A stretch of 64,000 nt of DNA from an uncultured bacterium. GTDB taxonomy: Bacteria > UBA8481. Position numbers and translations under genes: made by a program. Within the stretch, counting starts at the first letter, position 1; the number at the start of each line of letters is the position of its first letter. Shown here one piece after another: positions 7,785-16,610 of this stretch. The stretch lies in NCBI GenBank assembly GCA_964499705.1, contig CAZCME010000002.1, positions 186,001-250,000 on the forward strand. The letters run 5' to 3'. Under the pieces are notes generated by a model, which saw only the letters and a list, made by a program, of their open reading frames with translations, did no database searches and was not told where the DNA came from.

Positions 7785-10306
7785 GGGAGTCGCTCCTTCA
7801 TGGCGGCTTCCACAAGCGCGCGCTCATCGCCGGTTGGAGGCGCCGTATCCGTTGTTGAGGCGCGACGACCCGCGAGATTAGTCCAGAGTAGAAGCGCGGC
7901 TCCGACGATCAAGGCGAAGGGGAGAATCCAGACGGTCAGATGAAATCCCTTCGACGGCGGAGCCGCAAGGATCTGCAATCCGAACTTCGCCGACATGGCC
8001 TTCTTGACCGCTTCGTCATTCATGCCTTCCGCGCGGAATGCCGCGATCTGCGGCAGCAGCTCGCCGCGACCGCTGCAATGCGCATGGTCGCAGACCTGCA
8101 GGATCATCCCGCACCCACAGTTGCAGATGAACGAAGCGGAGACGGGATCGCGATTGCCGATGGCGTCGGAATACTCCCCACGCGTGGGTTCCGCGCGTGC
8201 CGGCAGTCCGGCGAGGAGAACCGCCAGCATCAAGGCGCCCGCGACCGACCGGATGGAGGAAGTGTCGCGAGCGCCATGGATGGCGCAGGAGCGACCGACC
8301 GCCGCGATTTCTCCGGTCGCGCTCTTCGCGTTCGCCCACGCGAAAGGAAGTTTCCACGGGAGAAGCGCAAGGATCGATCCGATGATCGCCAGGAGCGATC
8401 CGTTCCAGACGAACGATACGAGCGGGTGGACCATCATCCTCATGACCGCGTGCTCGCCGTCCGGCTCCACGAAGATCAGGTAGAGATCCTCGAGCAGCCG
8501 CGACCGGATCGCCACTTCGCTCGATCGTTGCTCCCGTTCGGTGCCCGCGAAGTACACGGAGATCGAGGGATCTTCCTTCCCGAGCACGGTTCCATTCTTG
8601 GAGACGACGATGTCGGCCGTCAGGCTCACGCTATGCTCGTCGTTCGATTCCCTGTAGCCGTTATAGAGAATGGAATACTCCCCGAGATCGAGCTTTTCAC
8701 CGGGCGCCATGTGCTTCTCGATCTCGGTCGAGAAGGCGTTGCCGGCCAATCCCACGAGGAGAACGGCCATTCCGAAATGGACGAGAAAGCCGCCGTATCG
8801 GCGGCGATTCCGGTCCATCAGCAGGAAGATGGATCGCGCGATCGATTCGTGCGTGCTCTTCTGACGCGCCCGGGCGCAGATGTAGATGTCCATGAAAATG
8901 GATGCGACGACGAACGCCGCCATCGCGAAGGCGTTCACGGCCAGCCAGTGGCTCGCGCCCAGCATCCACGAAACGCCCGCCGTGATGAAGCCGGCGAGGA
9001 GCGGAAGTCCCAGGTTCTTCTTCAGGCTTTCCGATGACGCGCGGCGCCAGGCGATCATTGGTCCGGCGCCCGTCAGGAGAAAGAGAGCCAGGCCCAGCGG
9101 CAGGATGACGCGGTTGAAGTATGGCGCGGAGACCGTGACCTTGTCGCCCGTCGCGGCTTCGGAGAGGATCGGATAGACCGTTCCCCACATCACCGCTCCG
9201 CAGATCCCCAGCAGCACGAGATTCTGAAAGAGGAAGAACGCTTCCCGGGACATCAGCGAGTCGATCGCGTATCGCGACTCCAGTTCCTTCCAACGGCCCA
9301 GGAAGAAGATCCCACCCAGGATCGCCCACCCGGCCATGAACCAGAGAAAGACGTCGCCGACGCCCGACTGCGCGAAGGAGTGCACCGACTGCAGGACGCC
9401 GCTTCTTGTCAGAAACGTTCCGAAGATGGAGAGAAGGAACGTGAGCATGACGAGGAAGATGTTCCATCGCCGCAGCATCCCGCGCCGCTCCTCGATCATC
9501 ACGGAGTGCAGAAACGCGGTTCCCGTGAGCCACGGCATGAGGCTAGCGTTCTCGACCGGATCCCACGCCCAGTAACCGCCCCATCCCAGCTCGACATACG
9601 CCCATTTCGCTCCGGAGATGATCCCAAGCGAAAGAAACGCCCAGGAGAGGATTGTCCAGACGCGCGTCGTCCGGATCCAGTCGGGCGTGAGATGGCACGA
9701 GGCCAGCGCCGCCATCGCGAAGGCGAACGGGATCGCGAAGCCGACGTAGCCGAGATACAGGAGGGGAGGATGGATGATCATGCCGAAATTCTGGAGCATG
9801 GGATTCAGGCCGTTGCCGTCGGGTATGTGCTGCCCCATCGCATCGGGAAACTTCTGCGACAGGAGCTCGAACGGTTCGGCGACGAAGACGAGGAGCACGA
9901 AGAAGAAGAGCTGGATCGAGGCGAGCACCCAGATGACGTGCGGCACGAGGAGCGGCTGGCGATCCCGGTTCTGTCGGACCGCGATGACGCTCATGACGCC
10001 CAGGACGATCAACCAGAAGAGGAGCGACCCGGACTGTCCGGCCCAGAGGGCCGACGCGGCGTAGATGTCGGGTAGCTCATTGGAAGTGTATTCCCAGACA
10101 TACGAAAGCCTGTAGTCGCGATCGAGGAGAAACTTCAGAAGCATGCCACCGGCCGCGATGGCCGCCACGGTCGCCACATGCAGCCAGCGCTCCGCGGATT
10201 CGCCGCTGCGGGGATGCTGGCGAAAGCCGGCGTAAAGGCCGAAACCGACGCCCGCCGCGGAGGCCAGCAGTCCCAGGCGGAGCAGCCAGATGCCGATCTC
10301 GATCAC
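7781..10306 (-). CDS. ccmF: Cytochrome c heme lyase CcmF/NrfE fused to a C-terminal CcmH/NrfF-like domain
   Basis: WWD motif WGGYWAWDPVENASL, HPPLLYLGY, LTRSGVLQSVHSFA; C-terminal ICNCGC...C...C and FGLQILAAPPSKGFHLTVWILP (CcmH-like). Confidence 0.92.
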   Translation of the reverse strand: MIEIGIWLLRLGLLASAAGVGFGLYAGFRQHPRSGESAERWLHVATVAAIAAGGMLLKFLLDRDYRLSYVWEYTSNELPDIYAASALWAGQSGSLLFWLIVLGVMSVIAVRQNRDRQPLLVPHVIWVLASIQLFFFVLLVFVAEPFELLSQKFPDAMGQHIPDGNGLNPMLQNFGMIIHPPLLYLGYVGFAIPFAFAMAALASCHLTPDWIRTTRVWTILSWAFLSLGIISGAKWAYVELGWGGYWAWDPVENASLMPWLTGTAFLHSVMIEERRGMLRRWNIFLVMLTFLLSIFGTFLTRSGVLQSVHSFAQSGVGDVFLWFMAGWAILGGIFFLGRWKELESRYAIDSLMSREAFFLFQNLVLLGICGAVMWGTVYPILSEAATGDKVTVSAPYFNRVILPLGLALFLLTGAGPMIAWRRASSESLKKNLGLPLLAGFITAGVSWMLGASHWLAVNAFAMAAFVVASIFMDIYICARARQKSTHESIARSIFLLMDRNRRRYGGFLVHFGMAVLLVGLAGNAFSTEIEKHMAPGEKLDLGEYSILYNGYRESNDEHSVSLTADIVVSKNGTVLGKEDPSISVYFAGTEREQRSSEVAIRSRLLEDLYLIFVEPDGEHAVMRMMVHPLVSFVWNGSLLAIIGSILALLPWKLPFAWANAKSATGEIAAVGRSCAIHGARDTSSIRSVAGALMLAVLLAGLPARAEPTRGEYSDAIGNRDPVSASFICNCGCGMILQVCDHAHCSGRGELLPQIAAFRAEGMNDEAVKKAMSAKFGLQILAAPPSKGFHLTVWILPFALIVGAALLLWTNLAGRRASTTDTAPPTGDERALVEAAMKERLP

Positions 10307-10309
10307 GGC

Positions 10310-10636
10310 TTACTTGTCCTCCCCGTCGAAAACCGTGTCGGCCCACGAGAGAGCTGCCATCATGGAAGGGAATCCCCGGGTCGTCGCGGAGAGGATGATG
10401 GCATGGCGGAGTTCTTCCCGCGACAATCCCGCATCCACGCCGCGTCGCACGTGCGCTTTGACCGCTGTTTCAAGGCCGGCTCCGACCGCAACGCCGAGGC
10501 GAACCAGCGCGCGTTCGCTTTCGGAGAGCGGCCCGGTATTCGCGAGAGCATCGCTGAATCTCTCGTAGGCCTGGAAGACGTCCTTGTATTCCTTCTTCAC
10601 TTTCTCATACCGCTTCGGCGGTGTTGACTTTTTCAT
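10310..10636 (-). CDS. Carboxymuconolactone decarboxylase (CMD/AhpD-like) family protein, no CxxC
   Basis: GPLSESERALVRLGVAVG...HVRRGVDAGLSREELRHAI...GFP; SD AAGGAG. Confidence 0.85.
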   Translation of the reverse strand: MKKSTPPKRYEKVKKEYKDVFQAYERFSDALANTGPLSESERALVRLGVAVGAGLETAVKAHVRRGVDAGLSREELRHAIILSATTRGFPSMMAALSWADTVFDGEDK

Positions 10637-10667
10637 CTCTCTCTCCTTGGCCCCCGCTCGTGCCTAG

Positions 10668-10684
10668 TGCACGCCGCGTGCCAA
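10668..10684 (-). promoter_or_regulatory. Sigma54 promoter for the CMD-ccmFH operon
   Basis: Minus strand TTGGCACGCGGCGTGCA, near-consensus TGGCACG-N4-(T)TGC. Confidence 0.85.
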
Positions 10685-10745
10685 GAGTCACGACGCCTTC
10701 TCCCGAAGCCAAATTCATCGCAAAGAGGAAAAACGGATCTCGCCG

Positions 10746-10792
10746 ATCCTAAGGATGAGAAGCAAGTGCCGCCCGTTTGTCACCGATGGGAA
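10746..10792. promoter_or_regulatory. Candidate paired enhancer (UAS) sites between divergent sigma54 promoters
   Basis: ATCCTA-N4-TGAGAA (10746-10761) and TTGTCA-N4-TGGGAA (10777-10792), centres 31 bp apart; the second matches 7521-7536 at 13/16. Confidence 0.55.
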
Positions 10793-10840
10793 GGAAGCGG
10801 TATCTCATCCCGGAAAACTCATCCTTCATCCTTTAACCGA

Positions 10841-10856
10841 GGGCATGCTAATTGCT
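10841..10856 (+). promoter_or_regulatory. Sigma54 promoter for the kinase-regulator-hemerythrin operon
   Basis: GGGCATGCTAATTGCT = GG-N10-GC with TTGCT. Confidence 0.65.
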
Positions 10857-10870
10857 CTTCATCACACGTC

Positions 10871-13066
10871 ATGCAGGATCCGCTCTCATGGATGCCGATT
10901 CGCTACAAGCTCTCGGCGTCCTACATCATCATCTGTCTCCTCGCGTTCGGAGTCGGCGGCTACCTCATCTCCGTTTCCGCCCGCGCGTCGCTCGAGTCGG
11001 AGATCAAGGAGCGACTTCGCTGGCAGGCCGAGGCAAAGGCGCATGCCCTGGAGCGATCACTCGACATGCTGGGACGCCGAACCGAGGATTTCGCATCCGA
11101 CGGTTACATCAGGAGGGAGATGGCGGCGGCTCTTCAGAAAGGGTCGGCGTCGCGGGAGGACGCAATTCGAGCGCTCCGGTTACACCTCCGTGAGAACAAG
11201 CTGCCGCTGGTGGCGGATTTCATCGACCTCCGGTTGTATGACGGGACGGGCGAGCTCGTGGCCGGGGTTCAGCCCGAGCTGACCGGCGAGGCCATGGTCT
11301 TGGACCCGCGGTCGACGGACCTGAGATACGGGAGCATGCGGGGCATGCCCGGGCGTGGCAGGATCTTCGCGATCGAGACGCCGCTCTGGAATCTTGAGCG
11401 GTCAGCGCGTCTCGGCACTCTCGTATCCATCGTGGCCGCGGAGCCGTGGGCGACGCGGATCCTTTCGAGCGCGCCGGATGAAGATGTCCGCATCGCGCTC
11501 GAGGATCGATCGGGTTCGAGCATCGCGATTGCTTCTCCTTCCTCCGCGCGTCCCGCGGAAGTTCCTCCGGCGCTCGCCGAATGGCTGAAGTATGCATACG
11601 TGATCCCGATGAACGGCTGGACGCTCTCCGTGGAGATGAACTCCCGACCCGCCCTGGAACCGGTATCGGCGCTCCAGAGCCGGTTTCTCGCAGCCGCGAT
11701 CCTTACCGTCGCGGCGACGGTGACGCTTCTCTTCTTTCCGATGCGCTTCCTGGTGCGTCCTCTTTCACGGATGCAGACCGCGGCACGGCGCATCGCGGCC
11801 GGAGATTTTTCCGCGCGGGTGGAGATCGCATCCACGGACGAAGTGGGCGATCTCGCCAGCTCCTTCAACGTCATGGCCGGCGCCGTGCAGGAGCGTACGT
11901 TGCGGCTCGAAAAGACCGCGGAGGATCTCTCCAAGCGCGGGCACGAACTCTCCGTGGAGAAAGACCGCCTGCGCACCGTGGTGCAGTCCATGAAGGACGG
12001 ACTCGTTCTGCTGGACGAGTCCGGGAAGATCGAGATCGCAAATGAAGCGGCCGCGCCCGTCGTCGCGTATCTCTCAGGCCAGGTGGAGAAGATCGCGCCG
12101 CGCCGCTGTCCTTCCGGCCGGTCCCGCACGCTGGAATGCGATGCCTGTCTCTCCGATCCCTCCGGCGCCGCGCGGACATGCGCGCTCGATATCGGATCCT
12201 CCGTCTTCGAGATTCACGCGACGCGCCTTCCGTCGCCGGGCGGGCGCGGGGGCAGGGTTCTCGTCTCGCGCGATGTCACGCAATACGTCACTCTCGACGA
12301 GCGACAGGCGCACCAGGAGAGGCTCGCCGTTCTCGGGGAAGTGGCCGCCGTCATCGCGCACGAGATGAATAATCCTCTGGCGGCGATATCGATGTACACG
12401 CAGATGATGGAGCAGGAGATGCCCGAGGAGACGCCCTACCGCGAGCATATCGAGGTGATCCGGAGAAATACGGAAGTGTGCAAGGGGACGATCCGCGGGC
12501 TCCTCGATTACGCGACGGCGGCGGAGCCGGACATCCTGGAGCTGGACCTTCACGAAATGGCGCGCGAGGCGGTGCTCTTCCTCCGGCCGCTCATGAAGAA
12601 AGCGCGGGTCGAGGCCGTCTGGAACCTGGACGCGAAGAATCCGGTTGTCGCCGGCGTGGAGACGCATCTCCGGCACGTCTTCGCCAATCTCTTCATCAAC
12701 GCCGTGCACGCGATGCAACGGACCGGCGGAACGCTCACGATTTCCACGCGGGAACCGGAGAACGGAGAGGGAGTGGTGGTGGACGTGTCCGATTCCGGGC
12801 CGGGAATTCCGGAACCGATTCGCGAACGGATCTTCGACGCGTTCTTCACGACGAAGCCGTCCGACACCGGAACAGGCCTGGGGTTGTCCACGTCCCGGAG
12901 AATCGTCGAATCGCTCGGAGGTTCTCTCACGCTTGAAAACGCGGAATCGGGACGAACGACATTCCGCATCGCCCTCCCACGGCGACCCGTGATGCGGTCG
13001 CCACGACCCTTGCCGGAAATCCTCATGGCGGGCCGGAACAAGAACGTCGCGGAGCAGACCTCATGA
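10871..13066 (+). CDS. Membrane sensor histidine kinase (TM-periplasmic-TM-HAMP-PAS-HisKA-HATPase)
   Basis: H-box IAHEMNNPL, N-box NLFINAVHAM, DSGPGI, FFTTK, GTGLGL; 4-Cys cluster in the PAS region. Start moved to ATG 10871, downstream of the promoter. Confidence 0.92.
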   Translation: MQDPLSWMPIRYKLSASYIIICLLAFGVGGYLISVSARASLESEIKERLRWQAEAKAHALERSLDMLGRRTEDFASDGYIRREMAAALQKGSASREDAIRALRLHLRENKLPLVADFIDLRLYDGTGELVAGVQPELTGEAMVLDPRSTDLRYGSMRGMPGRGRIFAIETPLWNLERSARLGTLVSIVAAEPWATRILSSAPDEDVRIALEDRSGSSIAIASPSSARPAEVPPALAEWLKYAYVIPMNGWTLSVEMNSRPALEPVSALQSRFLAAAILTVAATVTLLFFPMRFLVRPLSRMQTAARRIAAGDFSARVEIASTDEVGDLASSFNVMAGAVQERTLRLEKTAEDLSKRGHELSVEKDRLRTVVQSMKDGLVLLDESGKIEIANEAAAPVVAYLSGQVEKIAPRRCPSGRSRTLECDACLSDPSGAARTCALDIGSSVFEIHATRLPSPGGRGGRVLVSRDVTQYVTLDERQAHQERLAVLGEVAAVIAHEMNNPLAAISMYTQMMEQEMPEETPYREHIEVIRRNTEVCKGTIRGLLDYATAAEPDILELDLHEMAREAVLFLRPLMKKARVEAVWNLDAKNPVVAGVETHLRHVFANLFINAVHAMQRTGGTLTISTREPENGEGVVVDVSDSGPGIPEPIRERIFDAFFTTKPSDTGTGLGLSTSRRIVESLGGSLTLENAESGRTTFRIALPRRPVMRSPRPLPEILMAGRNKNVAEQTS

Positions 13067-14529
13067 CAATTTCCCGGGATCGCTTAGCGGCATCGGCATC
13101 GTACGCGGGTTGCCTCGACGGCCTTCGCGTGCTTGTCGTCGACGATGAGGCCGACGTCCGCAACGGAGTCCGAAAGATCGTCGAATCGACCGGCGCTCGC
13201 GTATCCGTGGCGTCATCGGGTGAGGAGGCTCTGGAACATATCGGGAAGAACGAGACGAAACTCGTCATCAGCGATATCCGGATGCGGGGAATGAGCGGCG
13301 TGGAGCTCCTGAAGGCGATTCTCGCCAGAAAACCGGAGACCGCCGTCGTCCTCATCACAGGTTACGGCACGATCGCCCAGGCCGTGGAATGCCTCCAGAT
13401 GGGCGCGCGGCATTTTCTGACGAAACCATTCGACAACGACGAATTGATCCTGCAGGTCATCAGGATCGGACGTTTGCTGCTGGCGCATCATTTGAGGGAC
13501 GAAGTGGTCCCGCAGGAACGTCGACCGGAGGAGACGGGACTGGCGACGCGCGATCCGCGGATGAGGGACGTGGTGGCGCTCGTCGAACAGGCGTCCGCGA
13601 CGCGCGTGCCGGTCCTGATCCAGGGCGAGAGCGGGACCGGTAAGGAACTTGTGGCGCGCGCGATTCACGCGGGAAGTCCCGTGGCGGCGAAGCGGTTTCT
13701 CGCCGTCAACTGCGCGGCGCTGCCGGATTCGCTCATCGAGTCCGAGCTCTTCGGGTACAGAAGAGGCGCGTTCACCGGCGCGCATCGGGATCAACAGGGG
13801 CTCTTTGTCCAGGCTCAGGGAGGAAGCGTCTTTCTCGACGAGATCGCGTCGATGTCGCTGGCGTTCCAGGGCAAGCTGCTACGTGTCCTGCAGGAGCGCG
13901 TCGTGCGTCCGCTCGGTGCGTCCCACGATGAGAAGGCCGACTTCCGCCTGATCTGCGCGACGAATCGCGACCTGAAGGAGATGACGGAGCAGGGATCCTT
14001 CCGGGAGGATCTCTACTACAGGATCTGCGTCGTCGTGATCTCGATTCCTCCGCTCCGGGATCGCGCCGTGGACATCCCGGACCTGGCGATGACACTGCTT
14101 AATCGCGCGGCGCGCGAATGCCTCGCGGAGCCGGCCGCGTGCCCGGATATCTCGGACGCGGCCATGGAGGAACTCGTGGCGCATCCCTGGCCGGGTAATG
14201 TCCGCGAGCTGGAGAACACGATCCAGCGCGCCCTGGTGACCTGCCGAGGCCCGAAAATTCTGCCGCATCATATTAATCTCCGGAGCGGCTCCCGGTGGCC
14301 CGAGATGATGGAAGCGCAGGCCTACGGCGAGGCGAAGGAGCAGGCCGTCGAACGATTCCAGCGCCGGTTCATCGCGCGCGCGCTGGAACGGACGGGCGGC
14401 AATATATCGCGCGCCGCCGAGGAGTGCGGACTGACGCGCGCCGCGATTCAGAAGATCATGAAAACCTTGAACCTGGAGCGGAATGATTTCCGGGAGCGGA
14501 AGAACGAAAGAAAGGATGGAATGGAATGA
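13063..14529 (+). CDS. Sigma54-dependent response regulator (NtrC family)
   Basis: Receiver domain (VVDDE, ISDIRM), GESGTGKE, GAFTGA, FREDLYYR, WPGNVRELEN, Fis-type HTH. Confidence 0.95.
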   Translation: MTISRDRLAASASYAGCLDGLRVLVVDDEADVRNGVRKIVESTGARVSVASSGEEALEHIGKNETKLVISDIRMRGMSGVELLKAILARKPETAVVLITGYGTIAQAVECLQMGARHFLTKPFDNDELILQVIRIGRLLLAHHLRDEVVPQERRPEETGLATRDPRMRDVVALVEQASATRVPVLIQGESGTGKELVARAIHAGSPVAAKRFLAVNCAALPDSLIESELFGYRRGAFTGAHRDQQGLFVQAQGGSVFLDEIASMSLAFQGKLLRVLQERVVRPLGASHDEKADFRLICATNRDLKEMTEQGSFREDLYYRICVVVISIPPLRDRAVDIPDLAMTLLNRAARECLAEPAACPDISDAAMEELVAHPWPGNVRELENTIQRALVTCRGPKILPHHINLRSGSRWPEMMEAQAYGEAKEQAVERFQRRFIARALERTGGNISRAAEECGLTRAAIQKIMKTLNLERNDFRERKNERKDGME

Positions 14530-14978
14530 CGATCACGGATTTGCTGTTCGGAGAACATGGAGTCTTTTATGCCATGTTCAATCACATCGAGGAAAGGCTG
14601 GAGGAGGCGTCGCTGGATGAAATACAGATTCTCACGGCGATCCTGACCTCCTCGCTCGAGTCGCATGCGCAACTGGAGGACGACGCGCTCTTCAAGGTCC
14701 TGGAGCCTCACATCGGCGTCATGGGCCCGATCGGAGTCATGCGCATGGAGCATGACGAGATCGTGAAGTCGCTGGTCGCGATCCTGCAGCAGACGGATCG
14801 CGATGCAGCCGCGAAGCTGATGCGACACGCCATAGAAGTGGCGCGCTCGCATTTCTCCAAGGAGGAGAACATTCTCTTTCCCATGGCCGTCAATGTGCTC
14901 GGCGAGGACGAATTGGCGAGCCTCACATCGAGATGGACCGCGCTGAGACTCTCCGGTGCCCAGGCGTGCTCCTGCTGA
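14526..14978 (+). CDS. Hemerythrin/HHE cation-binding domain protein
   Basis: EH..., HAQLEDDALF, MRMEHDEI, HFSKEENILFPMA. Confidence 0.88.
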   Translation: MTITDLLFGEHGVFYAMFNHIEERLEEASLDEIQILTAILTSSLESHAQLEDDALFKVLEPHIGVMGPIGVMRMEHDEIVKSLVAILQQTDRDAAAKLMRHAIEVARSHFSKEENILFPMAVNVLGEDELASLTSRWTALRLSGAQACSC

Positions 14979-15028
14979 GGGCTCATACAAGCCTTCCGCC
15001 AAGGCGCGGGCTATCGAAGCGGGAACAA

Positions 15029-15760
15029 TTACATCCCCAGTTTCCGGGCCGCTTCCACGCAGGATTTCATTTCGCATTGACCGCGCGTGCTGCCCATGCA
15101 GCCGCAGGCCATGGGAGTCGTCGCGCAGACACACCGGCTTGACTTTGAAGTCTGGCAATTCCCATCGGGATAACCGCATTCGCGGATCAATGAGGGTTTG
15201 CTGAAATTTCCGGTCAATTGCCACGCAACTCCGGCGAGGGCGGCGATCGCGACGATCCCGACGACGTTTCGGATGCCGGCTTGCGCCGGTGAAAGGCCGC
15301 GCGATGGCTTATCGCGGCGTGCCTCACGACGGGAATCGAAGCGCGCGCTCTTGCGAAGCCGATTCGACAGCCACATTTCCCGGATTTCCAGTTCCTCGGC
15401 AAAAGGCGTCTCGAGAATCTGCTGGCCCTCTTTCCACGACTCGTGACGGATGAGCGAGTTCGAAGTGATCATTCCGCTTTTGGTGAGGTTGATGATCGCT
15501 TCGCGAGTCAACGGTCCCTGTTCCTTCTTTCCGGGATTGCGATAATACCAGTCGATGGCAGGTTCGATATTGCCCGCGAGCACCTCCGCCAGCGACGCCA
15601 CATTTTTCGCGACGCGCCAGTCATCGAGAGACGGATGAAACACCCAGTGATCCGGCTTCAGAAAGGAAGCCAGTTGATCGAGCCTGTAGGGGCCGTAGCA
15701 CCGCTCATCGACAGCCACGAGCCAGGATGCCGCGGCCTCGTCCGGCGCGACCCGATTCAT
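15029..15760 (-). CDS. Tandem GYF_2 (DUF4339)-like domain membrane protein with a Cys-rich C-terminus
   Basis: Two W...GP...L...W units (WLVAVDERCYGPY; WYYRNPGKKEQGPL), one TM, 8-Cys tail. Confidence 0.7.
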   Translation of the reverse strand: MNRVAPDEAAASWLVAVDERCYGPYRLDQLASFLKPDHWVFHPSLDDWRVAKNVASLAEVLAGNIEPAIDWYYRNPGKKEQGPLTREAIINLTKSGMITSNSLIRHESWKEGQQILETPFAEELEIREMWLSNRLRKSARFDSRREARRDKPSRGLSPAQAGIRNVVGIVAIAALAGVAWQLTGNFSKPSLIRECGYPDGNCQTSKSSRCVCATTPMACGCMGSTRGQCEMKSCVEAARKLGM

Positions 15761-16605
15761 CGTGAACCCGGTTCCCTGGTAGTTCCGCGCGCGATAAATG
15801 CGGGAGTGAGCGGCAGGGATCGGTCATCTCCGTTCTCCAGGAGAACCAGCATGCGTTCCGCGGCAGCCCGACCGATGGCGGACTTGGAGACGTGAACCGT
15901 GGAGATGTCGGAATTCCTGGTGGGCAGATTATCGCAACCGATCACCTGCACTTCCTGCGGAACGCTCACGTTCGAACTGCGGAACCATTGGACTATTTCA
16001 TCGGCGATGTAGTCGTTCACCGCGAAGACTCCAGCCGGCCGCTCGGATTGGGAAAGCAGGATCAGGCCGATCTTGTCGCCGACGGGACGCGATGCCGTGG
16101 CTCCCGACGTGCCGGCGACGTGATGAAAGGGAGCAGTCAGCAATTGCACTGCGCCGCCCGCCGTACGGATGGTTTCCGTGAATCCTTCCACGCGCCTTCG
16201 GTAGGGAACGGGAATCGTTCCATTTTCTTCCTCGCCGGACGCGGCGACGTATTTCATGCCCGGGCCGGACCGCATCTTTTCCGCGGCGATTCGACCGCAT
16301 GCGTCATCATCGACGACGATGCTCGCCGCGAGAACTTCTGATGTGTCCGGAAGGAGCGCGACAACGGGCAGCTTGCGGATCAACTCCTGATACAGGCTCG
16401 ACGATTTCGCCTGCATGTAGATGATCCCCTGGAGGGACTCGATGTCATCGAGCGGCGTGACAGGATTGATGAGTCGCATCCTGTGACCCGCTTCGGAAAG
16501 CCTCGATTCGATCGCGAGTGCGATGGGGGCGCAGAAAACGTCCGAGCGGAGAAAATGCTCCGTTTCCTCGATGAGAAATCCGATCGTGCCCGGTTCGCGA
16601 TTCAT
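15757..16605 (-). CDS. LacI-type effector-binding domain lacking an N-terminal HTH
   Basis: Start MNREPGTIGFLI; VFAVNDYIA, VPQEVQVIGCDN, ISTVHV...IGRAAAERML, RGTT. Confidence 0.75.
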   Translation of the reverse strand: MNREPGTIGFLIEETEHFLRSDVFCAPIALAIESRLSEAGHRMRLINPVTPLDDIESLQGIIYMQAKSSSLYQELIRKLPVVALLPDTSEVLAASIVVDDDACGRIAAEKMRSGPGMKYVAASGEEENGTIPVPYRRRVEGFTETIRTAGGAVQLLTAPFHHVAGTSGATASRPVGDKIGLILLSQSERPAGVFAVNDYIADEIVQWFRSSNVSVPQEVQVIGCDNLPTRNSDISTVHVSKSAIGRAAAERMLVLLENGDDRSLPLTPAFIARGTTREPGSR

Positions 16606-16610
16606 CGCGA

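Noticed and set aside
10667-10870. Upstream GTG start of the kinase
   Set aside because: The region holds the promoters and enhancer candidates; TM1 follows ATG 10871/10892
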